Shown here: positions 47,348 to 59,240 of the stretch, in pieces
Position numbering within the stretch: the first letter of the stretch is position 1
Layout of the letters: each line of letters opens with the position of its first letter
The notes under the pieces: generated by a model
What the model was told of the DNA's origin: nothing
The model's database searches: none
Seen by the model: the letters and a program-made list of their open reading frames with translations, nothing else
Source: Dimorphilus gyrociliatus
Lineage: Eukaryota > Animalia > Annelida
Assembly (NCBI GenBank): GCA_904063045.1
Contig: CAJFCJ010000005.1
Span: forward strand, 2,185,988-2,249,987
Direction: 5' to 3'
DNA length: 64,000 nt
Made by a program: the position numbers and the translations under genes

Positions 47348-49993
47348 TTAAATTATATCAAATCTGACGACTTTTTCTTTGACAATTAAACATTCCATCT
47401 TTTTGGCTGATATTTTCTGGCTTGCATAAAGAAATATATCGAATATTAGACGTCTGAAAATGAGTTTATTGTTAGAGAGTGGGGGAGGCACTTAAGCTTT
47501 GAAAATAAGTTTACCACCTGTTTAAGTCTTCAGAGTTTAACGATTCAACTAAATATCTGACGCAATTTTTGAAATAATTTCTGCCCAATAATAATTTCAA
47601 ATAATCTGTTTTTAGAGAGAAGTATGGTTCAATAAATATTTATATTCAGTAATAATTAAAAACGAACAAGGAAAAAAATCAACAATGCAGTTTTCAACTT
47701 CTAATTTGACGGAAGTAGTATACTCTTGACTATTATCCTCTTCCTCATCTTCCTCCCATATTGAACGCTTTAATATATTTAAATAATATGCAATTTTCTT
47801 TGTTGTCGTTACTTCATCAAGATTTTTCATTAGATATCTTTATATGTTTTATATAGAAAGATAAACAATGTTATTATTCATTGGAATTTGACGATTTATA
47901 TGTAAAAGACTTAACTGGTTTAGTATGCTCCCAAATATGTTTCTAAAGTATGTCATGAATTCGTACTGAGTAAACCAATGTTTACTATCCTTTGTTAGAT
48001 CGATTGCCAAATCCAAAACAGCTTCGCTAAGTTTGCAATTTCCGTTACTATCCTTTTCATTAGAATGGTCAGTGCTAGTATTTTTATTAATATCTTCTAT
48101 ATTAGTTCCGTCCAACGTCTCATCAACGTGACAGATATAAGAACAAAGAATATCGTTTAGGTCACAAAGACGCTGTAGAGAATATAAAATTATAAACAAT
48201 AGAAATATTCTTTTCTACTCTACTGTTGTGTTATATTTTTACCGAATTATTTGATCTTTCCTTCCATACAATTGCTACGTCGTATGAAAATTCTGCATGT
48301 CTATCATCCAACTTAATCGAACTTGTACTACCGTCTAATGGTAAGCCTGATATTGCTGTATTCAAGTCACTACTTGGCATAAATTTAGCAATAACGCCTG
48401 AAACTGTATTAACGAAAGTGTCTAATTTACGACTTTCGTTTAGTTTTCTTAAATAGGCTACTGATGGTGATGACGAAGGAGAAAGAAACCAAGTTAACTC
48501 TTCACTATTGCCAATCAATTCATTTTCGCTAACTTCTTTTAGATAATGTCCCAGATATTTAATACGATTTTGTAATCGTTTACTACTCTTTAAATCACTG
48601 GCAAAATGTGGCCAACGTCTTGGAGTTCTTAAACCTAATAACGAAAAGAATTCTTTATTCTTGAGTCATAATGACAAGAATTATCTATTGTTTTTTTACC
48701 AACCTTTCAGAACTTTTCTATAAGCCTTTTTCCGCTCTAGACACTCCTGCAATTCAACAAATTGAGCGTAGCGCCTTTTGACAAATCCAGATTTTAATTT
48801 CCAAGATCTACTCTCCGGTTCATGTTCCCACATCTTGTACTGGTAAACAAATTACGTTTCAAGAATAAGGGTTACAAGTAGAAATTTATTCATAATCACG
48901 CTAAGATTGTAAGACACGTAGAGACGATGGTTTTGATCTTGAACAAATTCGGTACCTTCAATCAATACATCTTCAAAAGCTACTTTAGGCGCATCTGGCA
49001 AAGCGTCCAGAGCCTCTTGAGCAGATTCAATAGAACATTCGACGTCCTGTTACAGAATTATCAATTAATAATTTAATTTCAATAGAGTTCACTTTATGTG
49101 CTTAGAATATTTACTCTCTGATCATTATCATAGTCTTCCCCCGAATTGATTGTAGCCGTAGAATTCATAGAAGAGGGAAGAGAAAAGTCATCCCCTTCGT
49201 TCATTCGCATTTCAATATGTTCTATATCATCTTCATTATCGTCAATTTCATTTCCCGCATAGAAACTTACACGACGACTTGTTTTGATCGATCTCGCCTT
49301 TTGAGCTTTTGATTCACTTGATTTGACTATTCTATCAGATAAAATTTGAATAATACTTTCATATATGAAATCTGGTGAGCTTAATTTTTCTAAGAGCATC
49401 TCTAAGATGTTTCTCTCAAACATATGAATGAGTAGCCATTTGGCTGGAAGACAACTAGGTATCGCGGGAGGTGCAAGATTTGACATTGTCAATAGATTTC
49501 CAATGGCTAAAAGACCGCTTCTTTGATAATCATAATCCAACTCTTGAATGTCTTTTAAATGACTTCTAAATATTGTTATACAGTCTACGACTAATTTTTC
49601 CTTGTTCAATTTTTGTATATTGATTAGAGCTTGTTCTTTAATGATATTAAAGTAAGAGCGAACAGATAATAGAAATTCTTCATCTTTACTTATATCTCCA
49701 TACCATGATTCTACATAGTGTAACAAAACTTTGTCAACAATTGAGTCAATTTCTTTTTCTAACAAATCACGGTTTGCATCATTTTCATCGATTTTCGATT
49801 TAAGATAAGAATTCCAAGAAGTGAAATGTAAAATGATATTCAGTAAATACTGTAATATTCTACAATTTACTTTAGTAAGCCATTCTGGTGCGTACTGTTT
49901 AGATAGTATAATAAAAAAAAATCCAGCAGCAAACGAACTAATGCACCTTATGAAAAAAGGATAATATTCAACTGATTTTTCGTAATCAAACAT
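47348..49993 (-). CDS. SNX19: Sorting nexin 19-like (TM-PXA-PX-PXC, no RGS domain)
   Basis: PXA: IVDKVLLHYVESWYGDISKDEEF. PX: VKRRYAQFVELQECLE and LKEVSENELIGNSEELTWFL. PXC: YYLNILKRSIW and LVESLNSEDLNRRLIF. No RGS segment between PXA and PX. The start codon is uncertain. Confidence 0.8.
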
Positions 49994-50748
49994 CGTCTTT
50001 TAAACTTGACCATGAATTATTTTCCATATATATGCCTCCATCTAAACCATTAATAATCCATTTTTATTTATAAAGATAGCAAAGAATGTACGTAATTGAT
50101 AAAACATTTTAACTCCCACCGATTGGCGAAATATACAATAACAATAGTAATTAAAACTGTTAAAGGATAATATTTAAAACGAAAAACAGTTTAGCTTTAG
50201 GGGGAAGTGAAATGAAAAGATCGAAAGAAATTTGGTAATTAAGTTCCCTTATCACCTGTTAGAGTATCCTTTTAACAATAGTACAAAGGTTTTAGTTATT
50301 TCTTAGAAAATGGTATTTATTTACAAATTTTAAAGTAAATATAATATATATATATGTAATATATATTGAACCTCCCTTCTTCTCAAGTTCGAAAATCTCT
50401 TAAAATAAATACTATTTGATAAGATATTTTCGAAAGAGAAATAATCGATCTTGCAAGAAAATGTTTACTTTTAAAATGTATTCGTCAGAAGTAATATTGA
50501 CATATTCTGCTTAAAATATCAATTCGAATGGAATACATTCTTTAAAAGGAATTTGATATTAATAGCTTTTGCTTATATTCCCATTCTGTCATCAATATAA
50601 TTGTAATTTAAAATTTTAAATTAATATATATGTATACACAGATAAATCATATTGTAATATATATATATATATTATATATATAAAGCACTATTGAAATATT
50701 CCATCAATTAATCATTAACAACGACCAAAATTTTAATTTAATTAATTA

Positions 50749-53700
50749 ATGACTTCAGAAAAGGACGATAAGAAATATACCGATATTGAAATTAGGACAA
50801 TAAATTCAGAAGGTGTCCGATTACTTCAAAAGAATCAATATGATAAGGCGATTCAAAAATTTAAACAAGTATTAATTGAATCTGAAAAGGATAAATACGC
50901 ATTATGTGGAAGGTCACTTTGCCTAAAAGCTAAAGGAGATGCTCTAGCTGCAGTTGTCGATGCCGAAAATGCTCTAAGACAAGATAAATATTTCCCTCCA
51001 GTTAGTATTACTATATCTGATATGATGTTTAATTGATTGATTTTCTTAATTAATTAGGCTTTACTTCGAAAAGCCGAAGCGCATTATATACACGGAGACC
51101 TTGAACATGCTCTAATGTACTATTATAAAGGAAATAGGCTAAGACCAAATATGAGCATATTTAAAAATGGTATAAAAAACTGTGAAACAGCAATAATAGA
51201 TAGTGTTGGAGGTTATGTCAATACAGATGTTCTTAAATCGAATATTTTTACTTAACTAACCTAACACCTAACTATCTTGTTATAGATAAAAAAAAGACTG
51301 TTCTTGGAAAGGAAGGTTTAATATATCTAAATGATTTGAAGCCATTGGTTTATATTCTAGCATACGATTTTTTATCTTCTTACCTTACTAATTCATTACG
51401 ATATTCCCAGGGGCCACCGAAACCAAGAAGGGGAAAATCAACTAAATTTACTAAATCTCAATTTGGTGCTTTCTCTTTAACGAACCTTCTACTAGAGGTT
51501 TTCATTTATTATCTTACTCTATATATAATTATAGTAATTAAATAAAAATCAAAAATCATTTGTTGCGAATAAAAGGCTGTATTTAAAGAATTAAGAGTAC
51601 CAAAAATAGGAGGAAAGAACAAAATGATAACTAAATTAATGGAAGAATTAAATTGTGATCGATTGTTTTTCGAGAATCTCGTTTCTCGGTGCGGTAAGCA
51701 AAATAATAATATATATATATAACTGATATATAAAATTAAAGAAAAACAGCTATTCTCTTAACTGTAACAAACTAAAAAAAAATTAAATTTATGTCATTAA
51801 TCTATTTATTTAAAATTTTAAATCTAAATATAAAATACCAATAGAATAGAGAGAATATATTAATTATAACAATATTATAAAAATATTAATTATGGATACA
51901 TATTTTAGGCCTAGAATACCAACTTTCAATAGTATATTTACACATATATTAATTAGTTAATTAATTCTTTATTAAACGTTTGTTTCTTCGTTTATTTTTA
52001 GATATGCATACAGAATCTGGTAGGAAAACTTATAATGCTATTTGGTAAGTTTTCTCATCTATATTATATTTTAAATTTAACATTGATTACTATTAGCGAC
52101 GCTCTCGATTATATGGATAAAAAACGAGGATTTTGGCAACAATCTAAACCATTATACGTAAGATGTTGGGAAGTTGAGGGTAAGAATGGTCCAAAGATTG
52201 GAGATGATGATAAAATGAGACAAGCATCGGATGGTCAAATTCGTTTTATTGAAAATGAAATAGAAAAAATGTCTTATGATCTCAACAACTCAAAACCTAC
52301 TGATTGCCTTCAAAGAGGTTTTCGTCTTTTAGAAACAACTAAAGACAGCAATTTATCTTCAAATATAATGTAAAAAATTTATAAATTCACTGGAAAAAAA
52401 ACCATAATACTCTATAAATAGCCTTGCCATTTCATCTTTTTTTATTTCCTTTAGCAATGAATTACTTAGTACAGTTCATAGTTTCATTGGATTAAGCTAC
52501 TTTGATTTAAAACAGTTTAATGGTGCCTTAAAGCATCATCAAAAAGATCTCGAATTATCTACGCAAATGTAAGTTTGATATTAGTATTAAAGTCCATTTA
52601 TTTTCTATTTAATTATTTCTATCGTTGATGTAGCAATCACAAGAAAAATACATCAAGAGCCATGGATAATCTTGGTCAGGTATACGCAAGAATGAAAAAA
52701 TACAAAAAAGCTATTCAAATGTAATAAATTATATATATACATTTATATATATATATATTTAATTAAGATAAATTCTTTCCATTAGATTTGGATCAAAAGA
52801 AGGATATAGGAAAACTCCTTTGGAGGCGGCTTGGCTATATCACGAGATGGGAAGGTGTTATTTAGAACTTGATAAATACGAAATAGCTCTCACATATGCT
52901 AGAAAATCTGTTGGAGCTGCAATAAAATGCAATGATTTATCATGGAATATGTACTCAGCAATTCTAGTAGGTGAATGTGAAGTTTGCCTTGGCAGGCTAG
53001 AGAAAGCTCTAGAAAGCTTCAGAATAGCATTCGATTGCGCTTATCGCATTGGAAATCAAAAATCTATTGTCCTTATTCGTAATGCAATCAGAAAAATTCA
53101 AAAACAAATAGAATTTGAAGCAGATATTAATAATTCCAAAATAGACAAAATTCAACCTAAAAAGAAAAGTTTAATAAGGAATGGAAAATTTACGGAATAC
53201 GACGAAATGCAGAAATTATCAGAAATTACATTTGATATTATATTTGTAATCTTGGAAAAATTCTTTAAAGAATTTTATCTAATAAGGAAAGAGAGGAATG
53301 TAATTAAAACAGATATTGTTAAAGAAATGACCAATTATATTCAACAAGTTGCCCAATTTAGGAATGAATATAGAAAGCATAAATTTTTTTCAGACATTGC
53401 CTCTAGTTTAGGTGAATTTATTCGTAAATACGCTCAAGATCTATTACAAAAGGGTAGCGGGAAATTGCTTGATAATATCTTTGGAATAATTACTGGTATT
53501 ATAAATGATATAAAGGATTTACAACCAACTGACGAAAGGAATTCAAAACAATTGAAAAAGTTGGCACTTGAAACGATCTCTTTAGCTTTACAATACGCAA
53601 CACAAAGTATTAATACAAATAGAAAACAGGATATATGTAATAAAATATATAAAATTATTTTGAGCTACGGCAAACCTGGAAGTAGGCCCATGTATACAAA

Positions 53701-56700
53701 ATCATTAGGGACCGCTGAATATAACGACTGTATTAATTCTACGGCTAAAGATATTGTTGATGAAATATTTCGAGAAGTTACCGGAACTTTACACGACTCA
53801 AACATTCTTGATTTAATTCTTCATTGTTTTAATATTCTTTCCGATATTTTAAAGAATATTGTTAAGCAAATGGAGGATGCATACGATCCTATAGTTTTAC
53901 AAATGGAAGAAAATCCAGGCTCAAGTGATCTTGCCAAGATCCTTTTGTTAAAGATAGCGAAAAATACGTTTACTTGGAAAATAACAGACGATATACCGTC
54001 TAACACTAAACAATGCCTTGAAAAGATATCTAAATCAGTTATAGATGATTTACCTGAGATTGTTAATCAAATTATAACTTCCTCAGATGCTGAAACGTAC
54101 AGCTTAATTAGCCAAGAAGTTGCACGTAATATAGCAGAATTTCTTTTAAAAGATGTATGTACAAATCTATCGAAAGCTGATAAGAAAACTAAAAATAGCA
54201 ATGATCAAATTTGTTTAATAAAGGAATTTTATAAAACTGTCATTATGAGAATGGTTAATGAATTATTTAACTGTTTAGAAATTGAATCAGATAACGTTCA
54301 TGCAGAAATTTATAGAGATTTGTCATTTAGAATTCTTCACGAAATGGATAAATGTCTTTGTTCAATTAAAGCTTTTTGTGGATTGGATGATAATGATTAC
54401 AGGGAAATTATTATTGATATTATTAGCGATACTCTTCAAGAGGTATTGAAAGTTGCTAAAGAGGATAGTGCTAAAGGTGTACCAGTTTCTGTTGCTAAAC
54501 ATGGAATTCTTCTTCAAGATATTTCATCTGCAATTTTACATAGTCTGCTAGATAGAGTTAGGCAAGAATTTTTCGAAGATGACAAATCTAACGTTGAAAG
54601 CGTTCAAAAATTATGTCAAGATATAGTATTTAAGGTGCTTTTACAGTCAGCTAGAAAACTTGGAAAGTTAAGTGAGGCTGACGATAAATCTCAAGAATTT
54701 AAGATACATTCGTCACTAAAAAGGACTCTCATACTATGGAAGAAATCTATTAAACAGGAATTAAGTACCTGTTCAAAAGATGTTGAACAATTATTATTAG
54801 GTGAAAAAGAGCAGATTTCTAAAATTAAACCAATGGATGATGTAATAAAGAGAAAAAAATCGGATATTACAAAAAGGAAACAAAGTGTAGAAAAGTCAAA
54901 TGTACATTTAAAAAAGAAATTAAGTAATACAATTCTTGTTTTCTTCTTTCAAACAAAATAAATTCACTTTCCTCTTTGTTTTAGGTAAAGAAAATTTTGA
55001 AGGTCAAAAAATTAGAATGTCTACTGACAAGGTGATTAAAGATTATAAAGGTCATATGGCTCCTCCGTTTGCTAAATCTAAAGAAAAGAAAAGTCCCGAA
55101 AAAAGAGTCTCTATAAAAGAGAAAGACAATAGAAAATCTAAAGAGGTACATAAAACGAAATCTCCTGAGGAGAAAAAAGAGAGACACGCTAGTGGACATT
55201 CAGTAGGCTCAACTAGAATCTCTAAATCTGCTTCAAAATCTGATCCGAATTTAAAAAAGGATGAAAATCTCAAGAAGGAAACAAAGCTTGAGGACAGTGA
55301 AAACTTTAAACTTTCTCATCACGATTTATCAAAAGAAGAAATAAAACAGACTGAAGATAAACAAGAAACCTCATTAGCTGAGCTGTTTAAAAAAGGGTCG
55401 GATGAATCTAGAAAATTCAAAATGTCTGACGTTGACAAGCCTGGTTTAGAATTAGAAATGGAAGAGATGGCCTATTTAAAAGATATTGGTAAAAGAGTGT
55501 CTATAAAATCTTCTCATTCAAGTAGAACCTTAGCTGAAAAGAGAAATTCGGGAACAGATGAAGGGGCTGCTAGGACTAGTAAGATAGAAGCTACCGATTT
55601 AAACACTGCTCATAGTTTAAGCACCAAAAAGTCAGCTCGAGGAATACTTTCTCCCGAATTAGACCAAGTTACATCTTCTCCCAGTAAAATAAAAGATAAG
55701 GCGGGGAGTCTTGACGAAACAAAATCAAAAACTCCTACTATCTATAAAATTGAATCTAATGTATATCCCAACGAGATAGAATTAACTATAAAACAAGAAA
55801 ATTTAGCTGAACTTTCAAAAAAGCATGAAACACCAGTTAAAAGATTTAAACAAACTGCAAAGACAATAATTAAACAAATAGAAACTAAAAAACATGATGA
55901 AATAAATTTACAAAGAGAAAAGTCAATTTCGAGCGGAAAAAGGTCAAAAAAATTATCTAAATCTCCAATAAAATTATCAATTGATAAATCTGAAAAAAAA
56001 TCAGATAGTAAAAAGACTTATACCTGTTCTCCAAAAAGTTTAATAAAGGAAAATGACAAACTTTCTTCTAGTAAGAAAGATGGACGAAAATCTTCAACTC
56101 GAACTGAACATTCTAAGAAAATATCTTTAAAGGATACTATAGAAACTATGGATAAAAAATCAAGCAAAAATCTTTCTTTACAAATTAGTAAACAAGAAGA
56201 AGGTGCTTCATCAAACCGATCACCTGAATCGATTAAACACGCCGAATCTACTATTTCTCCGTCTGGAAAATCTCCCAAATCTAATAAAAATGAAGTTCCT
56301 TTGAAAATAATCAAATCAAAACCGTCCAGTGAGCAATTAAAGCTTTTGAGTAGTGTAAAACCAATTGAAGAGACTGGAACGGGTCTAACGGATCAAAATA
56401 TTCTAATATCCACTGAACAGTCTCCATTTTGGGAAATGCGAACGTCAGACTTTAATACTCCAGAAGAGATTACAAGCACTGCGTCTAGTTCCGAAAATGT
56501 TAACCATTCTAAAATAAACTATCCTATAGAAAGTGTAAAGGCTTTAGACGAGCAGCCTATAAATGAATCTCAAAATTCAGATGACCCTCAATTTGAACTC
56601 TCTAAATCACCCAGAGAGCCCTTAGATCCTAAAATTAATCAAAAAACTCCAAGTAGGACCTCAATTGAGGAATCAAACAAGTCTCTTTCCAATAAGAGTC

Positions 56701-58679
56701 GCGATTATCTTCAGACTTCTTTTAGAGACTCGCCTGTCGATTCTAATCAACAATCCACTGAAAGACATATCTCTGAGGAAAAACATACCAAAGAAAGTTC
56801 AGTAGATCATTCAAAAGGCGTTGAAGAATATACAGGTATTTTATCATCTGGTTCGGGTAGGGCTTGGAGTAAATTTTCGGAAGAAGCCTCGTCGACGACA
56901 AAGGACCAAATAGGTAGTCTCCCCAGTCAGTGCTCTTCTCCAAAGTATTCAGTCAAGGAAATCAATGAAACAAGTGAAAAAGATATTAAATTACATTCTA
57001 TTAAAGAGGTTGTGAAGGATTCAGAACCGGCTGCCTCTAAGAAAGATGAAGATATGATGGTAGTTCCTTATGAAAATATAGAAAGCTTAAAACAAGATGC
57101 AACTCAGAGTTCCGTAGATCGAGAATTTGTTAAAAGTATAAAGGAAGTCGAATCATCTCAACAGAAAGCAGAATTGAAAAGTGATGGACATGAAACGTAT
57201 TCTACTGATCTTGATAATGTTAATAGAAAAGTTATCCCTTCTCCGAATATTAAACTCTCCTCAAACTCTAAAACCACAACCGAAGAGAATATTGAAACTC
57301 AATCGAAGAAAAGCTTAGCTACAGAGTCGGCTATAGATACTTCTCCTCGACCCAGTTTAGCATCCATTACAGTAACCCGAGAGGAATATAAGCAGTCTAT
57401 AAAAACTTCATCAGTAGATAGTGGAGAAATTATTGAGTCTCCATTAGTTTTAAAAAAAAAATCACCCATCGATATAAGTGAAGAATTGAGGTTAGAGAGA
57501 TCTAGTAGAACGTCTCCTATACAATTTACCACAGAAATTGATACGGTCGAAGAAGAAAAGGATCTAAATAAACACTTAAATCAGTCAGAAAAGATTAATA
57601 CATCTGGTCATTTAAATAAGAAGGGATTAAAGAAAAAGGGAAATTCCGATGAAGACAGAATATCCGATATTCCAAAATCGACAGGAATGAGTAAGGAGAA
57701 AAAAAAACGCAAGTTGGGTTCGGCAAAGGCAGTTTGGCTTCAAAAGATCGCTAAAGTCGAATCAAATAACGATGGTGCTATTTGCGCAAGAGGTGCTTTA
57801 GGTAGAAAATCAAATTTAAAGAAGAAACCAGAAATAGAAATTCATTCAGATAGTAATAATTTGACGCCGGATATCTCAGATATTTCTAAAACTTCTACGT
57901 CAAAGAGACCTGTTCAAAATTCAAAAGTGTTAGATATTAAGAAAGAGGCTAAGATAACTACTCAATATAAAACATTTCCCGGAATGAGTAAAGCCGACGA
58001 ATTAAAGGACAGTTGCGAAAGAGTTGGCAGGAAACTTCTGGAACGTAAGAGGATCTACGATAGATACGCAGAGAGTGAAACTGGATCAGAGAGAACAGCT
58101 GATGTTGTAGAGAATTTTCAATGTAACAATGAAACAGACTATTTTAACAGTGAAATACTAAAATTCGATTCCAGCTCATCGTATATTCTATCGAAAAAAA
58201 TTAATATATTGGGAGCTAACTCTGCAGCTTCCAGAACAAATATTACATATCCTTCAAAGAACACTTCTTTAATATCTATTGCCGGAAGCGATAGTGGTTT
58301 AAACCAAGGAGGATTATCTGTGAAGTATACCGCTGGTCAAGTTATCGGATCTAATAGTTCAGCTAATACGACTCAATCGGATTGTACCGATGGCCGTAAG
58401 CAAGTAATAAAACTGGGTCCAACGGTAGACGATAGCTCATCCGATACTTCGTGTAGTTGCCTATATGATAAATATAGCGATGAAACATTTAATACGGACT
58501 TGATTGAGGACGAAGCTTTGTTTACAAGCTCCGATTCAAATTATGATTACTCATCATCAAACAATCCTATATTTAGATGCTATGAATTACATTCGTTACA
58601 TGATAGCTCGGAAAAATCAATCACTAGAAATCTAAGTGAAACTAGCGAGAATACACCATATGATAACTTGTTTGTGTAA
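50749..58679 (+). CDS. TTC25: TTC25/ODAD4-like TPR protein continuous with a roughly 1800-aa C-terminal extension
   Basis: TPR exons with TTC25-type motifs: EGVRLLQKNQYDKAI, ALLRKAEAHY..GDLEHALMYYYKGNRLRP, YMDKKRGFWQQSKPLY, AWLYHEMGRCYLEL. The last TPR reads without a stop into ORF 52820-54961. A phase-1 intron 54924-54984 joins it to ORF 54936-58679. Confidence 0.75.
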
Positions 58680-59240
58680 TATGTTTTCCATTCAAACATG
58701 TGATGTTCGAATTAAAGTATTCTTGATAACTGATAAAATAAATTTCTTATCACTAAATTCTATTTGTAGAATGTTCTCTTACAAAGAAAAATACATTTCC
58801 AGCTAAAACAGCCTTTTTTTATTCTGTAATATTTTTAAATATATAAGCGGGAGTGCAACCCATCGGAAATGCAAATTTTGACCAGCAGAGGACAGTAGCT
58901 AACAGTCACTATAGATGGCGAGTTCAGGGCATGTTACTTCTGATTGGCTAAATAATATTTGAAAAAGAGGCTGCAGGAAACTCCTTGTTTATGGGGATTT
59001 CCTAAGGAACCGCCTGGTACGTGGAAATTTCGATTTTCAATTCTTAAGAATGAATTAAGCGATTCCACGCTGTCAGCTAGCTGATGTCTTGGTACTGATC
59101 AGAAAATTTAAAAATTCAGTTTTTAATTAATATTTTATTACTGCTATGCAAGAAAAATATATAGAAAAAAGATTTTAAAGTTTCTAACAAGTTTATAGTT
59201 CAATGAGAAAAAGCGTTTTTAGAGAATAAATAGTCAAAAT

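Noticed and set aside
54936-58679. 1247-aa ORF as a transposon or viral protein
   Set aside because: No RT, integrase, transposase or capsid motifs. It is low-complexity K/S/E sequence with a phase-matched acceptor linking it to the upstream gene.
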